Below, in pieces: positions 53,842-64,000 of a stretch of DNA of 64,000 bases. The stretch is taken from contig OX597815.1 of NCBI GenBank assembly GCA_951406725.2, forward strand, positions 183,768,001-183,832,000, given 5' to 3'. Source of the DNA: Octopus vulgaris. Taxonomy: Eukaryota. Below the pieces are notes generated by a model that was not told where the DNA came from, did not search any database, and saw only the letters and a program-made list of their open reading frames with translations. How positions within the stretch are numbered: the first letter of the stretch is position 1; each line of letters begins with the position of its first letter. Both the position numbers and the translations under genes were made by a program.

Positions 53842-54149
53842 ATGTGAAGTATATTCGCCACTTAAATGTGGCTAACCACTAAGGGTGGATGCTACTGTAG
53901 CTTGTAGCTATATGTATTTGCATTGGGATCCCTTCGCATCGAAGACCGGTGATTGTCGTGCGCTAACAACGGGTAAATACCCAGAAACCAGGTCGACGAT
54001 GGGAAGGATGGCTTCCGTTTGTAAATACTGATACGGCACAGACAGTGTGTCAATAGCCAGCTGGAGAAGATGTTCTCCTGGGACTACAAGCTACAGTAGC
54101 ATCCACCCTTAGTGGTTAGCCACATTTAAGTGGCAAATATACTTCACAT
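53842..54149 (+). mobile_element. HHR-family element with 66-bp inverted ends and degenerate HHR at 53956-53999
   Basis: Arms 53842-53907 and 54084-54149 (1 mismatch); CTAACAA-C-GGGT(AAAT)ACCC-A-GAAAC..GTC. Confidence 0.7.
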
Positions 54150-54857
54150 TGTAGTGTAGCTACTGTTTATACCTCGTTCAGAGATTTATTATTACTTTTT
54201 AAGATCCTTACTTTTTATGGCGGAAAGTTCAAAACATGGCAAAAAAAAACCGGCTTAGTATAGCGGACTCTGAAGAAGGAGGGATTAAGACGAAAAGAAT
54301 TAATTTACTTAAGACTTGAAAGAGTTCAGGTCATAAAAAAGGAGGAAAGAATGAGGGAGAAGAGGGTTCCAAAGTTTGGCCGTTCGAGGACTTCATTTTT
54401 AAATACTTCAATGGCTAGGGTTTTGCTTTGCTCGTGGCCAATAAAATAACCCCCCCACCAAAAAAAACACAGCTGTTGCTCTGTTGTTGATGGAAGGATT
54501 GGAATAATGCTGTTCATATTTCTCATTGTATATCTGCAAATGAAAATTCTTTGTTAGCAGCAGATTTCTTTGAACACTCGAAGTTTGGTTTCCTTGTAAG
54601 TTACACATCTCAGTTTCCCTATAAAATATGCTCAACATCCATTAGAGCGTACGCGTTCAAATCGTAGGCAGGAATGTTGTTGTGGGGTGCTGTGGCAGAT
54701 ATATCATCAAAATGTGGTAAAAATACATGGGTGGAGAAACGATCACGTTTCCTGGTTATGTTTGCTGTGATGATGTCCGTTGGGCTTCCTTACCCTGCAA
54801 CCTACCAACTGCATTTTTTTATTCACGCAACGTGTGTGAAAGAACTTGACAGTCGAA

Positions 54858-54898
<41 letters not shown>

Positions 54899-55111
54899 TA
54901 AATAAAATAAAACATATGCATATATATAAACATATATGTACGTACCTACCTCCATATGTACATATACACGCATATATGAGCACAGGACACCAAAAGGACG
55001 TCGAACACAATGAGAAACGAAAACATAGACACAAACCAAAGGAACTGGACATTTTTTTAAAAACAGCAAAAAAATAGAGTACAGGACAATTAACACAAAG
55101 AAAAAAACCCT

Positions 55112-55182
<71 letters not shown>

Positions 55183-55191
55183 ACATACATA

Positions 55192-55404
55192 CTTTATTTG
55201 TATATTAAGGGTACCATTGGTTTCATATTAAGAAAATATCTTAATATCTTAACAATTTTTCAAGCTGATCACATGGAGGAGTAGTGTTCATTTCCAGTTT
55301 GGATTAAAACACCGTTCCGCCATGTGATAGGCTTGAAAAATTGTTAAGATATTAAGATATTTTCTTAATATGAAACCAATGGTAGCCTAAGTACACAAAT
55401 AAAG
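55192..55404. repeat. Fold-back with about 90-bp arms between (TA)n tracts
   Basis: taccattggtttcatattaagaaaatatcttaatatcttaacaatttttcaagc and its exact reverse complement at about 55331-55384. Confidence 0.9.
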
Positions 55405-55464
55405 AACTTTTATTCACCAATGCGATTGAGCTCTCTTTCTCATTGTTCAACATTTACGTATATA

Positions 55465-55528
<64 letters not shown>

Positions 55529-56552
55529 TTTAAAACATATATTATTATTATTATAGCCTGAAATTGTATGTATTTTCATGCTTTTATTCACTGTGCCTTA
55601 TTGTTAGACAAGCAATTTCAATCATTCTATACCTACAAGTATTTATATCGTATATTTATCGTTAGGTTCTGTCAGCTATTGTAACAAGTGTAGAGAAGTC
55701 TATGCATCTCTGTTGCTGTAGTAATTTCAAATAAAACGAGCTTGTCTGCCATAATTAAATATAGGTTAAACCTAAATTAAATATAGTAAGATGCATATAT
55801 TTTCTACAGATTATATTAAGCCACTGTGGTTTTTAGTGTTTTCGTTATATAATTTCCGGTTCGCTTTCTGTCGTGTGAAATAATTTGCTTCAATGGTTTC
55901 TTATTGTGCATATTTAGAAAATCGGTAGGAAAGACTTAATATATATTAATGAGATTTTAAAATTCAGTTTCATGATGTTTCATGAAGAATTTAAGTAATA
56001 TTGTATCTTACATTTACCATACGAAATTCGTTCATATGTTCGTACGTTCATATACTCACAATTTTGAATTTTACACGATATATATTTGAAAATCTGAAGC
56101 TTGACTACCTGGTTCTTAAAACCTTAATGGGTATGTTATGCAATCATTCTTCGGATAACGGATTTGCAACAATTACATTTGATAGCCACTACTCGAATCA
56201 CACGCTTTAATGCTTTACTTTTCGGCCTAATGATTCTTTCAAACAGATCTTACAATGTTATTGTACAAACCAATTCCCTAATCTTTTAGTCCAGTCTTAC
56301 TGGAATGCGGTCTTGCAGTTATACATATCGATCTGTCTACTTATTCCAGTCTGGTACTTATTTAATGGATCTATTTCTGGAACTGCAATACTACCAGAAA
56401 TAAAAGAGAAGAATAAAAAGAAATCTAGACACGTTATCACATGACTGCCTCCCCACAAAAAACATGTATCTGTGTATAAATACATATATACATACATGTA
56501 TCCAAATGTACATCCAGGCAGTTATGAATACATTATACACATGTCTACCTAC

Positions 56553-56669
<117 letters not shown>

Positions 56670-56703
56670 CTTCCATCCATCCATCTGGTTCAGTTAGCAA
56701 ACG

Positions 56704-56751
<48 letters not shown>

Positions 56752-56763
56752 GCATACATACAT

Positions 56764-56843
<80 letters not shown>

Positions 56844-56847
<4 letters not shown>

Positions 56848-57007
56848 GACGGGCTTTTTTCAGTTTCCATCTACCAAATCCCCTCACAAGTCTTTGGTCG
56901 GCCCGAGGCTATAGTAGAAGGCACTTGCCCAAGGTGACACGCGGTGGGACTGAACCTGCAGCCATGTGGTTGGTAAGCAAGCTACTTACCACACAGCCAC
57001 TCCTGCG

Positions 57008-57010
<3 letters not shown>
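56844..57010 (-). mobile_element. CORE-like SINE 5' half
   Basis: Homology to 2717-2880. Confidence 0.8.
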
Positions 57011-57044
<34 letters not shown>

Positions 57045-57200
57045 GACTGGCTCCTTCCAGTTTCTATCAACCAGTTCCACTCACAAGGTTTGGAACTGAA
57101 CCTAGGAACATGTGTTTGGGAAGGACATTTCTAACCTCTCACCCACTTTTGCTCCTACATATGCATTTAGATAGATAAATAGATAGTTAGCGGGAGAGAT

Positions 57201-57234
<34 letters not shown>

Positions 57235-57958
57235 GAAGGGAGAGAGAGAGAAATGGTGATTAGCTTGCAATGTTTAAAAACGGTGGAATAAAAGTTAAGA
57301 ATAATTGCAGGTGAATTCTTATAATATATTAATGCATATAGATTCTTATTTATAGGAAAAAGTGTAATGAATTACTAGTGATGATACTTTATTTTATTAT
57401 GTATATATTTAGAGATATATTTAATGTGTACGATAATAGTTGTCAGCACGGTGTATGATTTCTATTCATAAATCGGTCTGAGTCACGCAAGAGATTATGA
57501 ATGCGAGATAAAATGTCTCCTCGATAGTAAATAGATGTCAATAAATATTTTATGGCCAACAATATTTTCTTAAGTGCTAAGGCAATGAACGTAGAGTTTT
57601 CTTGTAGAAAAGGAATTAAGAAAATGATTTGAATGGCGACAATAAATTTGTGGAAGAGTAAAACAAAATTATTGATGCTGAGCTCTTTTAATGATGTCAA
57701 TCAGAGAAAATCTTTTGGAAGGTATGTAGACCAGTTACCTGAATGAGTCAAGTGATGGCTGATAAATGCAATGGCTGACATTTTAAAATAAAACATTGGC
57801 TGTTTAATGCCGTTTCCTATACACGGATGCAAGAGAAGAGGCATTTAAATGATATTGGATTCATCTGTATTATTTCACCTTCTGAAAGAAGTCACTAAAT
57901 GAAATATGATTTACATGCAGTTGATGGCAAAGATAAAACTTTATGTAGAAGTCAGCCT

Positions 57959-58059
<101 letters not shown>

Positions 58060-58251
58060 GTTCTCGTATTATCACTGTTCAAGTATTTAGCTATTAATAT
58101 ATTTTCGTGGCTGTTGTATTAAGGCTGGGCAGTAGGAGGTGGACAGAAAATATACTAAGTTGTTTATGAAAAGCCATGCATTTGTGGAGTTTAGAATATA
58201 TACGTCTATCCTTCCCTTACCACCCATATTTGTGTGTGAGTGTGTGTGCGT

Positions 58252-58330
58252 GTATAATCAAAATAAGCAACAAGGATACCCTGAGGTAATGCAGTACCTC
58301 TGAATATCCTTGTTGCTTATTTTGATTATA
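58252..58330. repeat. Hairpin with 26-bp perfect outer stem
   Basis: tataatcaaaataagcaacaaggata / tatccttgttgcttattttgattata. Confidence 0.88.
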
Positions 58331-58426
58331 ATCACCCTATTTTAGATTATATGGATAATACCATACTAAATTCTGGTGCCTTAAACTTAAGTACCATATT
58401 CATCTGAATATAAATTTTACTGATCT

Positions 58427-58491
<65 letters not shown>

Positions 58492-58750
58492 GGTGGGAAT
58501 ATGAAAACCACCATTCACTGGAAAAATAATTGGTGGTTTTCTTACAGGATGTTTCGGCTCTGATTTTCACAAAAATGCTGGTACCACGTGTGGCCTATTA
58601 TAATCATAAAGTAATCATAAAGTTTTGGATTTGTCATTTATCGGCTTTTGCTTGTTGACCACCTGTATGATTGTTGTTATTCATTTTATTATTGATAATA
58701 ATTAATAATAATATCTGTATAAATATTTTAGAATATTTATTCATTTAGTA

Positions 58751-58788
<38 letters not shown>

Positions 58789-60740
58789 TGTGTGTGTCTT
58801 GATAATCAGTGCTGGCGTGTTTACATCCTCATAACTTAAGGCTTTCGCAAATAAGATCGATAAAATAAGTACTAGGCTTATATGATAGTATAGCAGTCGA
58901 TTCATTCGACTAAAAAAACTTATCAAGATGGTACCCCAGAATGACTGCATTCTAATGACTGAAACGATACTAGATAAAAGATACTTTAATTTATACGTAT
59001 ATATGTACAAATATACAATCAATCCCACGCTTACATAATTTATGTAAATAGTCTATTAATATCAAACTTGCTTGTAACTAATTTGATTTTGAAATTAATA
59101 ATATTGTTCATCTCACATTTTTTTATATATATAATTAATTACCTCCCACATAATTTGTTTGTAAAAGTACTTTTATACAGCAATTGAAAGTTAATTAATC
59201 TTAAGCAATCTCGAAATGACACATGACTTGAAAACTCAGTCACTGATATGATTTCAGAGCTCAATAATTTTAAACACATCAACCGGATTCTAATGTTTAC
59301 CATTTACTTTTTGCCTGTTTCATTCAATGAGACTGCGGCTATTCTGGCGTAACCCCCTGACGAATAACTTTGGTCGAACAAATCAATCTCAGTACTCATG
59401 AAAAACATTTTTTTAAAGCCTTATACATATTTATCGGTCATAATTTTTCTTAGACATAACGCTCAATTTAGGTACAGTTTCATTCAGTCCCTACTGAAAG
59501 ACTGTTGTACATCAACACTAACCCCTGCCACCCATCTATAGTATTTAAGACCTTGTAAAGTGTGTCAGTAGTATCATGTCGAATCTATCTTAAAGAACAA
59601 TGTATTTTAAAGAAGAGGCCACCGAATATAACAAGTCTTTGGCAGCCAGCGAGTTATCGAAGAATTTATCTTAATGATACAGTGATATCTTTTTAATGAA
59701 GTATAACGAAGCTATCTCCAGTGCATTGTTAAATTCTATCATAAGAATTAAATGTAAACACTGAAGAAGAAACACGATTCCAATTTTGGCCGCAACTCAA
59801 ATCCCCGAGGTCTTACGATTAAACCACGAATTTTCCACTATCCTAGCATTGAATATTGTACAACTTGATAAATCATAATAGATTGCTGTTGATTTTATAA
59901 CTAAATAATTTTCATTCTTCGTCTAAACTATAATTAATTTTTACCAGTAAAAAGCAGTAACGTTAAACTATCGAGAAATCACAAAATTAAAATTATGTCT
60001 CTTTGCATTGTAAATATGGCAGCGAGACCATTCTGTGTCTTGTACAATAGCGTGAAAGCATCACTGTAGTTTATATAATAAAATTAAATATCGCTATCTA
60101 ATAAAATATCTATAATAACATTAAATCCATGATTCATAATTTTTATTTGAATCTATGTGATTAAATTTTTGTAATGAATCTCAACTAATGTACATGTATT
60201 TTAAATCACTGGAATTTTCTTAATTATGTACTAATAATGCAATTATATTTTCATACTGTTGCCTTCTTTTTTCAATGAAATACATCTATAAGCTAATTAA
60301 ACTCTTATTAAATTATCAGCGCATATCATCATAGATTTCTGGTAATCGAAGCTGCTGTGTAATTTTAATGTAGTCTATTGTAAATTTACTGACTAATTAG
60401 GTTATATGGCCGACCCTCATGCCGGTTCTTCAATTCTTATGCCAATAGTTCGCCACCTTTTAAACCCAGATTCTCAGAATCTAAAGAAACGTATATTGGT
60501 TTCTAAAACTGAATAAACACCACGTCCTTATTTCGATTTTATGGTTGTTATTATTTCATTATTTTAAACAATGATTTTTGGTAGTGTATGACACGAAATT
60601 AAGAAAATTTAATTTCAGTTTGTGTGTCTGTTTACTGATTGGGATCACTGCAGTTATACCGAGAAAGTAATAAATGTAACAGCTTCTAATTTCCGCCATA
60701 GAGAATAATGTTTTTCCTTGGACAAAAGACTTACGGCCTT

Positions 60741-61008
60741 GGTTTTTGAAATTATATACTTTAAATTTATTTATCAGCTTCAACCACAGATTTTGGCCAT
60801 AATGGCGTTAGTTTTTGAAACTGTATACTCTAAATTCATTTATTATTTGCAACCACAGATTCTGGTCATAGCGGCGTTTGGTTTTGAAATTGTATACTTT
60901 AAATATATTTATCAGTTTCAACCACAGGCTGTGGCCATAATGGCGTTAGTTTTTGAAATTAACTTCAAATTTATTTATTAGTTTCCACCACAGACTGTGG
61001 CCATAATG
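60741..61008. repeat. Minisatellite, about 69-bp unit x4
   Basis: caaccacag at 60781, 60850 and 60919, with the variant ccaccacag near 60985. Confidence 0.88.
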
Positions 61009-61447
61009 GGGCCCCTTATCTTATTAAATGGAGTCAATGGTTCCCTTCTTTTCATCGGTGGCTAACTAATTAATATGGGTACTGTATATAGATATAGCTT
61101 TTGAAGTAAGTATCAGCACCAAATCAGTTGCATTTCATTAAAAGGCAGTACTAAGTCCTCCGCTAAGGTTGGACAATTATAATTAGTCTATTCCATATAA
61201 GACCAAAATGGATTATACATCAATAAGTATTTTCTTATCTATGAAACGATCAATTGTGTAATCTATTGTGTGGGATGTTCATAAAAACCAGTGGCGACGG
61301 AAACTGAGGTCAATCGATAATTTCATTTCGAAGTTCTGATCAAATATTTTTAGAATAAAAACGTATTTCTATTTTTCAGCATCAGCAGTATCTACAGCAA
61401 GCTTACGTGTGTAAGTTTAACTGATATTATTTCATAGACCTATCGAG

Positions 61448-61752
61448 AGCTTGTTTGTTCCTTCTCGAGTCATGCCTGGCTCATAAGGGTCGGTTTCTCG
61501 GTTTCCTTCGCGTATAGGTTCCCCACCTGGACGGGACGCCGGTCCGTCGCAGGTGAGCTGCAAGATGCAGGAGGAAGAGTGAGAGAAAGTTGTGGCGAAA
61601 GAGTCAGCAGAAGTTCGCCCATTACCTTCTACCGGAGCCGCGTGGAGCTTAGGTGTTTCGCTCATAAACACACAAATCGCCCGCGATGATTCGAACCCGC
61701 GATCTCTCGACCGCGAGTCCGCTTCTCTAACCACTAGGCCATGTGCCTCCAC
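61448..61752 (-). mobile_element. OR-type-head SINE with a third tail (tail D)
   Basis: Head homologous to 12977-13160; tail gcgacggaccggcgtcccgtccagg...aacaaacaa. Confidence 0.8.
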
Positions 61753-61808
61753 TTGTCGAGAACTTAATGGAGGAAAATTGCAAAAAGAATTTGTACCAAA
61801 TATTTTCT

Positions 61809-62028
61809 TACGAGGGGATGGTAAAATGCTTCTGTCTCTGGGTAATAGAAAACACAGGAGGATCAGTTAGTTATGATTTTAATCAACATAGTCTCCTCTC
61901 AGATTCACACACGTATTGCAGCGTTCCTTCAGTTTTCTAAGCCCTGTAAAGGAATTCCGAAGGTTGGGTCTCCAACCGGGAGTTCAGCAATATCCTTAAA
62001 GCCAGGAACTTTCAGTACTCCCTCTTAT
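61809..62028. mobile_element. Possible mariner-type MITE remnant
   Basis: TA-bounded diverged TIR-like ends tacgaggggatggtaaaa and (reverse complement) taagagggagtactgaaagttcctgg. A similar end lies at 21120-21157. Confidence 0.4.
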
Positions 62029-62029
62029 A

Positions 62030-62515
62030 CTTGTTCTGATCACAACATTTAGCATTACTATGGGTATTTCTAATGTCGTAAACATGGGAAATGATTACAC
62101 CCAACTTTATTTTATCCAAGCATAGGATCGATGTCCCATTCAAAATTGAATTATCAATCAATATCCAGGAGCCATTTACTGTTTATATGTACACACACGC
62201 ACACACACAGAAGCATGCACACACATACACATGTACATTTATATACAGTATATTGTATTAGTGTATAATTACTATCAAACTATGTTCATTGCATTTAAGA
62301 CTATTAAAATGTCGCTGAGTCTCAATATATTTTTATTTTAACGCTATATTCATAAATGGGATGAATTCGCGTAAAAATAAATTTCCCAAAACTAATGTGC
62401 AGAGTGTCACATTTAGAATAATACAAAGAAAATATTTCACTGATGTATCATAATTTCATTCTAAGCTCTACAGATGTTTCCACGATTAAACACAAATGTC
62501 AGCCATATAATTACG

Positions 62516-62576
<61 letters not shown>

Positions 62577-63583
62577 TATCATATTATATTAGACTAATGT
62601 TTTACACACACACATATATGATATATGATATATATATACTTATAAATTATATATGAATGTGTGTATAAAACTTATATATATACATATATAACATACACAC
62701 ACGCACATATGAAACACTGATTTATCTCAATGAGCTGGATAAACCATTTCACCTGGTCATAATATTGCAATAGGAATGTAACGTCGCTCCTGTTTGAAAT
62801 ATAACACATAGAAAACTGATAACAAAAACAAAAAATACTCACATACTTAAAATGGCCGTACACAGATTACGTGAATATTCGGTTTTGATATAACCCCTGC
62901 ATGATTAGCATTAGGGGAAAAAGTTTTGAAGCCATAATTCACTTCTGCTTATTTCGTGCGTTTTAACGCATATCTACACATCGTTTGTTCTTATATATGC
63001 ATTGTTCTTTCCTTCTTTCTTTTCCAGATTCTGCCCTTTTTTCGATTGCATCGTTTTCGGTGTTTTGTTTTGATTTATATTTTTCATGTTTATATAGATG
63101 TATCCATAGATAAATAGATAGATAGATATATACATACATATGTACATACTTACATACATACATAGAAAACATACAAATTTGAACGTATACACACATACAT
63201 CCTGTCGTTGCTGTAGAAATTCTAATGCATTTATACATACATACACTTCGGCAAATATACCTCAGAAAACAATCCCTTAAAATAACGCAGCCGTTATTTA
63301 GGATATAGCTACTCACAATAGATGTGTACGTAATTACCCTTTCAAATAACCCCTTCATATTAACGTTTTTTAATAGAACTCATATGCCTTTATTTAATAA
63401 CTTACACGCATACACATATGCTCACGCAAGAAAATGCGCCCAATTAACTTGTTCTGATCACAACATTTAGCACTACTATGGGTATTTCTAGTGTCGTAAA
63501 CATGGGAAATGATTACACCCAACTTTATTTTATCCAAGCATAGGATCAATGTCCCATTCATAATTGAATTATCAATCAATATC
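62030..63583 (+). repeat. Direct duplication of about 135 bp (62030-62164 and 63448-63583)
   Basis: The two copies differ at only a few positions. Confidence 0.9.
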
Positions 63584-64000
63584 ACTAACTCATCAAAATA
63601 TTCTAAACAAATTATTAACATATCATATCAGCTACAATGACAAGAAACACAAACACCACATCACAAAATACAATACAAACAATCAATGAAGTGCCAGAAA
63701 AACACCAGCCAGCTAATCAATCAATACGAAAAAATAAGCCAATGAAAAATGCTAGAACGAAACCACACACGAAGACACGCCGAATGATATAAGCATACAG
63801 CCGATACCGTGTTGTGACAGTTCTCGCCTGGAGAGAGCATCGGTATGAAACTCAACTGACAAGAGAAATTATCTGTTGCAGTTTTTTGAAGAAGTCGTAT
63901 CCTTCAAAACATGTATGAAGCAATACTCTCTTATTTATCTGACGTAAACCCATGCCGTTGACCATTTACAACGATCCGAGTAAGAAACTGAACATCAAAC

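Noticed and set aside
58525-58600. GCCGAAACATCCTGTA half-hammerhead on the minus strand
   Set aside because: The 5' core and stem I were not found.

Overview
AT-rich, intron/intergenic-type eukaryotic DNA with no convincing host gene. The SINE families and dense (TA)n/(CA)n/(AAT)n microsatellites resemble octopus (cephalopod) DNA; this is an inference. Nearly all long ORFs in the track are microsatellite or SINE artefacts. Real coding remnants are decayed LINE fragments: two CR1-group families, one Tx1/L1-like RT, and two R4/Dong-like pieces. There are also about 30 tRNA-derived SINE copies with shuffled head, centre and tail modules, a Helitron-like MITE and a Helentron-like MITE. The main hidden signal is about 14 type I hammerhead ribozyme (HHR) motifs from several unrelated repeat families, with compensatory stems. 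They include a near-identical 558/559-bp tandem trimer with one HHR per unit (retrozyme/Penelope pLTR architecture), a Penelope-like element whose upstream repeat starts at the predicted cleavage site, and a tRNA-headed SINE-like element ending in an HHR. Long fold-back inverted repeats occur in and beside these (TA)n-embedded elements. All ribozyme calls are manual motif and pairing readings; activity is untested.
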